Shown here: piece by piece, positions 40,501-50,965 of the stretch | Layout of the letters: every line of letters starts with the position of its first letter | Position numbering within the stretch: position 1 is the first letter of the stretch | Assembly (NCBI RefSeq): GCF_036365525.1 | Contig: NC_090378.1 | Location: 115,615,593 to 115,679,592 of the forward strand | DNA length: 64,000 bases | Reading direction: 5' to 3' | DNA from: Heterodontus francisci | Lineage: Eukaryota | Translations under genes and position numbers: made by a program | Notes under the pieces: model-generated | Told to the model about the DNA's origin: nothing | Databases searched by the model: none | Seen by the model: the letters and a program-made list of their open reading frames with translations, nothing else

Positions 40501-43500
40501 AGGGGGCTGGCAGTATTGGAGGCAGCAGGGAGTGGGCATTATTGGAGGGAACAGGGGTTGGCAGTATTGGAGGCAGAAGGGAGTGGGCATTATTGGAGGG
40601 AACAGGGGGCTGGCAGTATTGGAGGCAGCAGGGAGTGGGCATTATTGGAGGGAACAGGGGTTGGCAGTATTGGAGGGAACAGGGAGTTGGCAGTATTGGG
40701 GGCAGCAGGGAGTGGGCATTATTGGAGGGAACAGGGGTTGGCAGTATTGGAGGCAGCAGGGAGTGGGCATTATTGGAGGGAACAGGGGGCTGGCAGTATT
40801 GGAAGAAATAGGGAGCTGGCAGTATTGGAGGCAGCAGGGAGTGGGCATTATTGGAGGGCATAGGGAGCTGGCAGTATTGGAGGGAACAGGGAGTGGGCAG
40901 TATTGGAGGGAACAGGGAGCTGGCAGTATTGGAGGGAACAGGGAGCTGGCAGTATTGGAGGGAACAGGGAGCTGGCTGTATTGGAGGGAACAGGGAGCTG
41001 GCAGTATTGGAGGGAACAGGGAGCTGGCAGTATTGGAGGCAGCAGGGAGTGGACAGTATTGGAGGGAACAGGGAGCTGGCAGTATTGGAGGGAACAGGGA
41101 GCTGGCAGTATTGGAGGGAACAGGGAGCTGGCTGTATTGGAGGCAGCAGGGAATGGACAGTATTGGAGGGAACTGGGAGCTGGCAGTATTGGAGGGAACA
41201 GGGAGCTGTCAGTATTGGAGGCAGCAAGGATTGGCAGTATTGGAGGGAACAGGGAGCTGGCGATATTGGAGGCAGCAGGGAGTGGGCAGTATTGGAGGGA
41301 ACAGGGAGCTGGCAGTATTGGAGGGAACAGGGAGCTGGCAGTATTGGAGACAGCAGGGAGTGGGCATTATTGGAGGGAACAGGGGGCTGGCAGTATTGGA
41401 GGCAGCAGGGAGTGGGCATTATTGGAGGGAACAGGGGTTGGCAGTATTGGAGGCAGCAGGGAGTGGGCATTATTGGAGGGAACAGGGGGCTGGCAGTATT
41501 GGAAGAAATAGGGAGCTGGCAGTATTGGAGGCAGCAGGGAGTGGGCATTATTGGAGGGCATAGGGAGCTGGCAGTATTGGAGGGAACAGGGAGTGGGCAG
41601 TATTGGAGGGAACAGGGAGCTGGCAGTATTGGAGGCTGCTGGGAGTGGACCGTATTGGAGGGAACTGGGAGCTGGCAGTATTGGAGGGAACAGGGAGCTG
41701 GCAGTATTGGAGGCAGCAGCGAGTGGACAGTATTGGAGGGAACAGGGAGCTGGCAGTATTGGAGGGAACAGGGAGCTGGCAGTATTGGAGGGAACAGGGA
41801 GCTGGCAGTATTGGAGGCAGCAGCGAGTGGACAGTATTGGAGGGAACAGGGAGCTGGCAGTATTGGAGGGAACAGGGAGCTGGCAGTATTGGAGGGAACA
41901 GGGAGCTGGCTGTATTGGAGGCAGCAGGGAGTGGACAGTATTGGAGGGAACTGGGAGCTGTCAGTATTGGAGGCAGCAGGGATTGGCAGTATTGGAGGGA
42001 ACTGGGAGCTGGCAGTATTGGAGGGAACAGGGAGCTGGCAGTATTGGAGTGAACAGGGAGCTGGCAGTATTGGAGGTAGCTGGGAGTGGGCAGTATTGGA
42101 GGCAGCAGGGATTGGCAGGATTGGAGTGAACAGGGAGCTGGCAGTATTGGAGGGAACAGGGAGCTGGCAGTATTGGAGGTAGCTGGGAGTGGGCAGTATT
42201 GAAGGGAATAGGGAGCTGGCAGTATTGGAGGGAACAGGGAGCTGGCAGTATTGGAGTGAACAGGGAGCTGGCAGTATTGGAGGGAAAAGGGAGCTGGCAG
42301 TATTGGAGGGAACAGGGAGCTGGCAGTATTGGAGGTAGCTGGGAGTGGGCAGTATTGGAGGCAGCAGGGATTGGCAGGATTGGAGTGAACAGGGAGCTGG
42401 CAGTATTGGAGTGAACAGGGAGCTGGCAGTATTGGAGGGAGCTGGGAGTGGGCAGTATTTGAGGGAACAGGGAACTGGCAGTATTGGAGGGAACAGGGAG
42501 CTGGCGGTATTGGAGGGAACAGGGAGCTGGCGGTATTGGAGGGAACAGGGGGCTGGCAGTATTGGAGGGAACAGGGAGCTGGCGGTATTGGAGGGAACAG
42601 GGAGCTGGCAGTATTGGAGGGAGCTGGGAGTGGGCAGTATTTGAGGGAACAGGGAACTGGCAGTATTGGAGGGAACAGGGAGCTGGCAGTATTGGAGGGA
42701 ACAGGGAGCTGGCAGTATTGGAGGCAGCAGGGATTGGCAGTATTGGAGGGAACAGGGAGCTGGCAGTATTGGAGGGAACAGGGAGCTGGCAGTATTGGAG
42801 GCAGCAGGGAGTGGGCAGTATTGGAGGGAACAGGCAGCTGGCAGTATTGGAGGGAACTGGGAGCAGGCAGTATTGGAAGGTGCAGGGAGTTGGCAGTATC
42901 AGAGGGAGCAGGGAGTTGGCAGTATTGGAGGGAACAGGGAACTGGCAGTATTGGAGGCAGCAGGGAGTGGGCATTATTGGAGGGAATAGGGAGCTGGCAG
43001 TATTGGAGGAAACAGGAAGCTGGCAGTATTGGAAGGTGTAGCGAGTTGTCAGTATTAGAGGGAGCAGGGAGTGGGCAGGCTTGGAGGGAACAGGGAGATG
43101 GCAGTATTGGAGGGAACAGGGAGCTGGCAGTATTGGAGGCAGCAGGGAGTGGGCAGTATTGGAGGGAACAGGCAGCTGGCAGTATTGGAAGGTGTAGCGA
43201 GTTGTCAGTATTAGAGGGAGCAGGGAGTGGGCAGGCTTGGAGGGAACAGGGAGATGGCAGTATTGGAGGGAACAGGGAGCTGGCAGTATTGGAGGCAGCA
43301 GGGAGTGGGCAGTATTGGAGGGAACAGGCAGCTGGCAGTATTGGAGGGAACTGGGAGCAGGCAGTATTGGAAGGTGCAGGGAGTTGGCAGTATCAGAGGG
43401 AGCAGGGAGTTGGCAGTATTGGAGGGAACAGGGAACTGGCAGTATTGGAGGGAACAGGGAGATGGCAGTATTGGAGGGAACAGGGAACTGGCAGTATTGG

Positions 43501-44700
43501 AGGGAACAGGGAGATGGCAGTATTGGAGGGAACAGGGAGCTGGCAGTATTGGAAGAAACAGTTGTCTGGCAGTCTTGGAGGGAATAGGGAGCTGGCAGTA
43601 TTGGAGGCAGCAGGGAGTTTGCAGTATTGGAGAGAACAGGGAGCTGGCAGTATTGGGGGGAACAGGGAGCTGGCAGTATTAGTGGGAACAGGGAGTGGGC
43701 AGTATTGGAGGGAACAGGGAGCTGGCAGTATTGGAGGCAGCAGGGAGTGGGCATTATTGGAGGGAATAGGGAGCTGGCAGTATTGGAGGAAACAGGAAGC
43801 TGGCAGTATTGGAAGCAGCAGGGAGTGGGCAGTATTGGAGGGAACAGGCAGCTGGCAGTATTGGAAGGTGTAGCGAGTTGTCAGTATTAGAGGGAGCAGG
43901 GAGTGGGCAGGCTTGGAGGGAACAGGGAGCTGGCAGGATTGGAGGCAGCAGGGAGTGGGCAGTATTGGAGGGAACAGGGAGCTGGCAGTCTTGGACGCAG
44001 CAGGGATTGGCAGTATTGGAGGCAACAGGGAGCTGGCAGTATTGGAGGCAGCAGGGAGTGGGCAGTATTGGAGGGAACAGGCAGCTGGCAGTATTGGAGG
44101 GAACTGGGAGCAGGCAGTATTGGAATGTGCAGGGAGTTGGCAGTATTAGAGGGAGCAGGGAGCTGGCCGTATTAGAGGGAGCAGGGAGTGGGCAGGCTTG
44201 GAGGGAACAGGGAGCTGGCAGTATTGGAGGCAGCAGGGAGTGGGCAGTATTGGAGGGAACAGGAAGCTGGCAGTATTGGAGGGAACAGGGAGCTGGCAGT
44301 ATTGGAGGCAGCAGGGAGTGGGCAGTATTGGAGGGAACAAGGAGCCTGCAGTATTGGAGGGAACAGGGAGCTGGCAGTATTGGAGGGAACAGGGAGCTGG
44401 CAGTATTGGAGGGAACATGGAGCTGGCAGTATTAGAGGGAGCAGGGAGTGGGCAGTATTGGAGGGAATAGGGAGCTGGCAGTATTGGAGGGAGCAGGGAG
44501 CAGGCAGTATTGGAGCTAACAGTTTGCTGGCAGTATTGGAGGGAGCAGGGAGCTGGCAGTATTAGAGGGAGCAGGGAGCGGGCAGTATTGGAAGAGCAGG
44601 GAGCTGGCAGTATTGGAGGGAGCTGGCAGTGTTGGAGGGAACCAGGAGTTGGCAGAATTTGACAGTGCAGGGAGCTGGCTGTATTGTGGGGGAGCAGGGT
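1571..44700 (+). repeat. Giant 26-bp tandem array (~43 kb, ~1650 units), consensus GGAGGGAACAGGGAGCTGGCAGTATT, G-rich on the + strand
   Basis: Continuous 26-bp periodicity with many variant units (ggaggcagcagggagtgggcagtatt, ggaatgaacagggagctgg..., 25-bp cagggattggcag). Translated ORFs show 26-aa (3-unit) periodicity. Confidence 0.99.
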
Positions 44701-44929
44701 TTTACAGTCTCTGAGTCCATGTATTTTGGATTTAAATATCCTGTTTCATCCATTTTCAAACCTCCTGTTCCCAATTTCTACTGTCTTCCCATCGTCAGCG
44801 TTTCTCTGTCTCTGTTCAGCTAAAATCAGGAGGTGATTGACTGTAAAACCATGAATTTCCAGTATACCAGGTTTTCTATCCAATGAAACAGAATAAAATC
44901 TATTATTTTACACCATTGCTGTCTCTCAG

Positions 44930-45360
44930 TGTTGTTTGCCAGAATGAGTTCCACATTCTAAGCTCTCTCTGGTTGAAAAAGTTGCTCCTGAATTCCCTAT
45001 TGGATTTAATGTTGATTATTGTATGTTCTGATCTCACCCACAATTGGAAGAATCTTCTCAACATCTACTCTATCAAACCTCTTCATATCCTGAAAGACAT
45101 TCATGAGGTCACCAAAGAGCCCCAGCCTGTTTAGCCTTTCCTGATAAGTTTATCCTCTCAGTTCTGGTAAATCTATTTTGCACCTTCTCCACTGGCTCGA
45201 GATCCTTTTCAGAATATGGAGGCTCGAACCGTTCAGTGTACGTCAAGTGTGGCCTCAACAAGATTGTACAGCAGTTCAACAGAAATTCACTGCTTTTCAA
45301 TTCGATCCCTCTGGAAATAAATCCAGCTGCTTGATTTGCTTTGTTTAAGTCTTTATTCAC
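44930..45360 (-). mobile_element. Degenerate CR1 LINE ORF2 C-terminal fragment
   Basis: ORF 45109..45360(-) KANQAAGFISRGIELKSSEFLLN...LRPHL...LEPVEKVQNRFTR matches the CR1 post-RT motif KANxxLGxIxR...LVRPHLEY...LExVQxRFTR. Confidence 0.75.
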
Positions 45361-45540
45361 CTTTTAGTCACTACTTTTAGTAATTTTTCATATTTTTGCC
45401 TCATTATTCCTATTATCCACAAATCTTCATTGCATTTCTCCAATCAGGTTAGCAGCCCTGTCACATCACCATATCAGCTGGAACCAGTGACACATGGACT
45501 CATCTGTGACTTCAATCCTGGAGCATTATCCATCTTCAAC

Positions 45541-48320
45541 ACACCCAGACAGTACTGGGTAACACACCCATACCCAGAGACACTCACCTACAGACAGTAC
45601 TGGGGAACACATCCACACTCAGAGACACACCTACAGACGGTGCTGGGTAACACACCTACACTCAGTGACAAACACCTACAGACAGTACTGGGTAACACAC
45701 CCACACTCGGAGACACACCTACAAACAGTACTGGGTAATACACCCACACTCAGAGACACACACCTACTGACAGTACTGGGTAACACACCCACACTCAGAG
45801 ACACACCTACAAACAGTACTGGGTAACACACCCACACTCAGAGACACACCTACAGACAGTACTGGGTAACACACCCACACTCAGAGACACTCCTACAGAC
45901 AGTACTGGGTAACACACCCACACTCAGAGATACACACCTACAGACAGTACTGGGTAACACACCCACACTCAGAGACACACCTAGAAACAGTACTGGGTAA
46001 CACACCCACACTCAGAGACACACATACAGACAGTACTGGGTAACACATCCACACTCAGAGACACTCCTACAGACAGTACTGGGTAACACACCCACACTCA
46101 GAGATACACACCTACAGACAGTACTGGGTAACACACCCACACTCGGAGACACACCTACAAACAGTACTGGGTAATACACCCACACACAGAGACACACCTA
46201 CAGACAGTACTGGGAAACACACCCACACTCAGAGACACACACCTACAGACAGTACTGGGTAACACACCCACACTCAGAGACACACACCTACAGACAGTAC
46301 TGGGTAACACACCCACACTCAGAGACACACACCTACAGACAGTACTGGGTAACACACCCACACTCAGAGACACACACCTACTGACAGTACTGGGTAACAC
46401 ACCCACACTCGGAGACACACCTACAAACAGTACTGGGTAATACACCCACACACAGAGACACACCTACAGACAGTACTGGGTAACACACCCAGACTCGGAG
46501 ACACACCTACAAACAGTACTGGGTAATACACCCACACACAAAGACACACCGACAGACAGTACTGGGTAACACACCCACACTCAGAGACACACACCTACAG
46601 ACGGTGCTGGGTAACCCACCTACACTCAGTGACACACACCTACAAACAGTACTGGGTAACACACCCACACTCAGAGACACACACCTACTGACAGTACTGG
46701 GTAACACACCCACACTCGGAGACACACCTACAAACAGTACTGGGTAATACACCCACACACAGAGACACACCTACAGACAGTACTGGGTAACACACCCACA
46801 CTCAGAGACACACACCTACAGACAGTACTGGGTAACACACCCACACTCAGAGACACACCTACAAACAGTACTGGGTAACACACCCACACTCAGAGACACA
46901 CCTACAGACAGTACTGGGTAACACACCCACACTCAGAGATACGCACCTACAGAGAGTACTGGGTAACACACCCACACTCAGAGACACACCTACAAACAGT
47001 ACTGGGTAACACACCCACACTCAGAGACACACATACAGACAGTACGGGGTAACACATCCGCACTCAGAGACACTCCTACAGACAGTACTGGGTAACACAC
47101 CCACACTCAGAGATACACACCGACAGACAGTACTGGGTAACACACCCACACTCGGAGACGCACCTACAGACAGTACTGGGTAACACACCCACACTCAGAG
47201 ATACACACCTACAGACAGTACTGGGTAATACACCCACACTCGGAGACACACCTACAGACAGTACTGGGTAACACACCCACACTCAGAGACACACACCTAC
47301 AGACAGTACTGGGTAACGCACTCACACTCATGGATAACCACCTACAGACAGTATTGGGTAACATCCCCACACTCAGAAACACACACCTGCAGACAGTACT
47401 GGGTAACACATCCACACTCAGTGACACACACCTACAGAGAGTACTGGGTAATACACCCACACTCAGAGATACACACCTACAGACAGTACTAGGTAACACA
47501 CCCACACTCGGAGACACACCTGCAGTCAGTACTGGGTAACATACCCACACTCAGAGACACACACCTACAGACAGTACTGGGTAACACACCCACCTTCAGA
47601 GACACACACCTACAGACAGTACTGCGTAACGTACCCACACTCAGAGATACACACCTACAGACGGTACTGGGTAACACTCCAACACTCGGAGACACACACC
47701 TACAGACAGTACTGGGTAACACACCCACACTCAGAGACACACACCGACAGACAGTATTGGGTAACACACCCACACTCAGAGAGACACACCTGCAGACGGT
47801 ACTGGGTGACACACCCACACTCGGAGACACACACCTGCAGACAGTATTGGGTAACACACCCACACACGGAGACACACACCTACAGACAGTATTGGGTAAC
47901 ACACCCACACTCAGAGACACACACCTACAGACAGTACTGGGTGACACACCCATACTCGGAGACACACACCGACAGACAGTATTGGGTAACACACCCACAC
48001 TCAGAGACACACACCTGCAGACAGTACTGGGTAACACACCCACACTCAGAGGTACACACCTACAGACAGTACTGGGGAACACACCCACACTCAGAGACAC
48101 CCACCTACAGACAGTATTGGGTAACACACCCACACTCAGAGAGACACACCTACAGACAGTACTGGGTGACACACCCACACTCGGAGACACCCACCTGCAG
48201 ACGGTACTGGGTGACACACCCACACTCAGAGACACCCACCTACAGACAGTATTGGGTAACACACCCACATTCAGAGATACTCACCTACAGACAGTACTGG
48301 GTAACAGTCACACCCACACG
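45541..48320. repeat. 45-bp (43-bp variant) minisatellite, ~60 copies: CAGACAGTACTGGGTAACACACCCACACTCAGAGACACACACCTA
   Basis: Direct periodicity; 15-aa period (HLQTVLGNTPTLRDT) in the ORF track; palindromic CAGTACTG in most units; C/A-rich on the + strand. Confidence 0.98.
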
Positions 48321-48728
48321 CAGGGTCATGTACACAGTGATACCCTGACTGCTCCTCTCTCTAAACTGAGACCTCACTTGCTTCAGTTTTGTGCTGTTAC
48401 CACGAGCCACTGGTTAAGGTTAGAGAAATGAACATTGTGACTGTGGTCTCCAGCCCTGAGATTGTCCCAGGTTCATTTCAGGTGTTACTCAGCAGTCAGC
48501 TCAGAGTGCACAGTGCGATCCCACCAGCTGGGGCTACACCAACACCTCCAGTGTGCAGAGTGAAGTGTGAATGCTGGGATTGTGATGATTTAATCCCAGG
48601 TGCTTTCAGTTTCTGTTTTTAATCTTGTAATCTCAAGGGATTTGAGATAAAACTGATCATTTTAATATGATTTACAATTGGCTTTGAATCAAATCTGCTG
48701 CTGACATGTTATTGATTGACAGGTCAAC

Positions 48729-48794
48729 CAGCCAATCATCAGATTCACTTGCTGAAATGCAGCCAATCAACTGACATTGAGGTGGGACATTTCC
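48729..48794. promoter_or_regulatory. Putative regulatory cluster: two CAGCCAATCA (NF-Y-type CCAAT) boxes 31 bp apart plus a kB-like GGGACATTTCC
   Basis: CAGCCAATCA at 48729-48738 and 48760-48769; GGGACATTTCC at 48784-48794. Motif match only. Confidence 0.3.
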
Positions 48795-48798
48795 AAAC

Positions 48799-50965
48799 TT
48801 CTTTTCTTTTTGGGCCTCCTTATCTCGAGAGACAATGGATACGCGCCTGGAGGTGGTCAGTGGTTTGTGAAGCAGCGCCTGGAGTGGCTATAAAGGCCAA
48901 TTCTGGAGTGACAGGCTCTTCCACAGGTGCTGCAGAGAAATTTGTTTGTTGGGGCTGTTGCACAGTTGGCTCTCCCCTTGCGCCTCTGTCTTTTTTCCTG
49001 CCAACTACTAAGTCTCTTCGACTCGCCACAATTTAGCCCTGTCTTTATGGCTGCCCGCCAGCTCTGGCGAATGCTGGCAACTGACTCCCACGACTTGTGA
49101 TCAATGTCACACGATTTCATGTCGCGTTTGCAGACGTCTTTATAACGGAGACATGGACGGCCGGTGGGTCTGATACCAGTGGCGAGCTCGCTGTACAATG
49201 TGTCTTTGGGGATCCTGCCATCTTCCATGCGGCTCACATGGCCAAGCCATCTCAAGCGCCGCTGACTCAGTAGTGTGTATAAGCTGGGGATGTTGGCCGC
49301 TTCAAGGACTTCTGTGTTGGAGATATAGTCCTGCCACCTGATGCCAAGTATTCTCCGAAGGCAGCGAAGATGGAATGAATTGAGACGTCGCTCTTGGCTG
49401 GCATACGTTGTCCAGGCCTCGCTGCCGTAGAGCAAGGTACTGAGGACACAGGCCTGATACACTCGGACTTTTGTGTTCCGTGTCAGTGCGCCATTTTCCC
49501 ACACTCTCTTGGCCAGTCTGAACATAGCAGTGGAAGCCTTACCCATGCGCTTGTTGATTTCTGCATCTAGAGACAGGTTACTGGTGATAGTTGAGCCTAG
49601 GTAGGTGAACTCTTGAACCACTTCCAGAGCGTGGTCGCCAATATTGATGGATGGAGCATTTCTGACATCCTGCCCCATGATGTTCGTTTTCTTGAGGCTG
49701 ATGGTTAGGCCAAATTCATTGCAGGCAGACGCAAACCTGTCGATGAGACTCTGCAGGCATTCTTCAGTGTGAGATGTTAAAGCAGCATCGTCAGCAAAGA
49801 GGAGTTCTCTGATGAGGACTTTCCGTACTTTGGACTTCGCTCTTAGACGGGCAAGGTTGAACAACCTGCCCCCTGATCTTGTGTGGAGGAAAATTCCTTC
49901 TTCAGAGGATTTGAACGCATGTGAAAGCAGCAGGGAGAAGAAAATCCCAAAAAGTGTGGGTGCGAGAACACAGCCCTGTTTCACACCACTCAGGATAGGA
50001 AAGGGCTCTGATGAGGAGCCACCATGTTGAATTGTGCCTTTCATATTGTCATGGAATGAGGTGATGATACTTAGTAGCTTTGGTGGACATCCGATCTTTT
50101 CTAGTAGTCTGAAGAGACCACGTCTGCTGACGAGGTCAAAGGCTTTGGTGAGATCAATGAAAGCAATGTAGAGGGGCATCTGTTGTTCACGGCATTTCTC
50201 CTGTATCTGACGAAGGGAGAACAGCATGTCAATAGTCGATCTCTCTGCACGAAAGCCACACTGTGCCTCAGGGTAGACGCGCTCGGCCAGCTTCTGGAGC
50301 CTGTTCAGAGCGACTCGAGCAAAGACTTTCCCCACTATGCTGAGCAGGGAGATTCCACGGTAGTTGTTGCAGTCACCGCGGTCACCTTTGTTTTTATAGA
50401 GGGTGATGATGTTGGCATCGCGCATGTCCTGGGGTACTGCTCCCTCGTCCCAGCACAGGCATAGCAGTTCATGTAGTGCTGAGAGTATAGCAGGCTTGGC
50501 ACTCTTGATTATTTCAGGGGTAATGCTGTCCTTCCCAGGGGCTTTTCCGCTGGCTAGGGAATCAATGGCATCACTGAGTTCCGATTTGGTTGGCTGTATG
50601 TCCAGCTCATCCATGACTGGTAGAGGCTGGGCTGCATTGAGGGCAGTCTCAGTGACAGCATTCTCCCTGGAGTACAGTTCTAGGTAGTGCTCAACCCAGC
50701 GGTCCATCTGTTTGCGTTGGTCAGTGATTATGTCCCCCGATTTAGATTTGAGGGGGGTGATCTTCTTGATGGTTGGCCCAAGAGCTCTCTTCATGCCATC
50801 ATACATTCCTCTGATGTTTCCGGTGTCTGAGGCCAGCTGAATATGACTGCATAGGTGTTGCCAGTAGTCGTTTGCGCAACGCCTAGCTGTTCTTTGTGCA
50901 GTACTTCTGGCTGCTTTAAGTGCTGCGGATGTTAAATCGCTGGGGGCTTTCTTGTAGTTCAAAAG
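48799..50965 (-). mobile_element. 5'-truncated, young RTE-clade LINE with 9-bp target-site duplication
   Basis: TSD TTTCCAAAC at 48790-48798 and 50966-50974; short 3' UTR ending in an AAAAAGAAAAGAA tail on the minus strand; uninterrupted RT ORF. Confidence 0.93.
48857..50962 (-). CDS. RTE LINE ORF, truncated: reverse transcriptase plus C-terminal C2H2 zinc finger; endonuclease and true start missing
   Basis: 701-aa open frame with NYRGISLL, QCGFR, FIDLTKAFD, GVKQGCVLAP, LLFADD, FTYLGS, RRLRWLGHV and CSTCGRACHSRIGLYSHSRRC. Confidence 0.9.
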   Translation of the reverse strand: MNYKKAPSDLTSAALKAARSTAQRTARRCANDYWQHLCSHIQLASDTGNIRGMYDGMKRALGPTIKKITPLKSKSGDIITDQRKQMDRWVEHYLELYSRENAVTETALNAAQPLPVMDELDIQPTKSELSDAIDSLASGKAPGKDSITPEIIKSAKPAILSALHELLCLCWDEGAVPQDMRDANIITLYKNKGDRGDCNNYRGISLLSIVGKVFARVALNRLQKLAERVYPEAQCGFRAERSTIDMLFSLRQIQEKCREQQMPLYIAFIDLTKAFDLVSRRGLFRLLEKIGCPPKLLSIITSFHDNMKGTIQHGGSSSEPFPILSGVKQGCVLAPTLFGIFFSLLLSHAFKSSEEGIFLHTRSGGRLFNLARLRAKSKVRKVLIRELLFADDAALTSHTEECLQSLIDRFASACNEFGLTISLKKTNIMGQDVRNAPSINIGDHALEVVQEFTYLGSTITSNLSLDAEINKRMGKASTAMFRLAKRVWENGALTRNTKVRVYQACVLSTLLYGSEAWTTYASQERRLNSFHLRCLRRILGIRWQDYISNTEVLEAANIPSLYTLLSQRRLRWLGHVSRMEDGRIPKDTLYSELATGIRPTGRPCLRYKDVCKRDMKSCDIDHKSWESVASIRQSWRAAIKTGLNCGESKRLSSWQEKRQRRKGRANCATAPTNKFLCSTCGRACHSRIGLYSHSRRCFTNH

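Noticed and set aside
1571-44700. CRISPR-like appearance (constant GGCAGTATTGG alternating with variable segments)
   Set aside because: The variable parts are point variants of one consensus rather than unique spacers; vertebrate context; no cas genes.
1427-44823. Hundreds of long overlapping ORFs (up to 913 aa; WREQGAGSIGGNRELAVLEGTGSWQY / PPILPAPCSLQYCQLPVPSNTASSLF)
   Set aside because: The 26-bp consensus has no stop codon in any of the six frames, so ORFs arise automatically. Frames are broken at random by 25-bp units and TAG/TGA variants, with no sign of frame preservation.
45430-48431. ORFs with HLQTVLGNTPTLRDT / VGVLPSTVCRCVSLS repeats
   Set aside because: Translations of the 45-bp minisatellite, open on both strands.
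48470-48508. Possible relic J segment next to the 48509 heptamer (minus strand GAGCTGACTGCTGAGTAA versus J AAGCTCAGACTGAGTAA)
   Set aside because: No FGxG codons, wrong length and too short a similarity to support homology.
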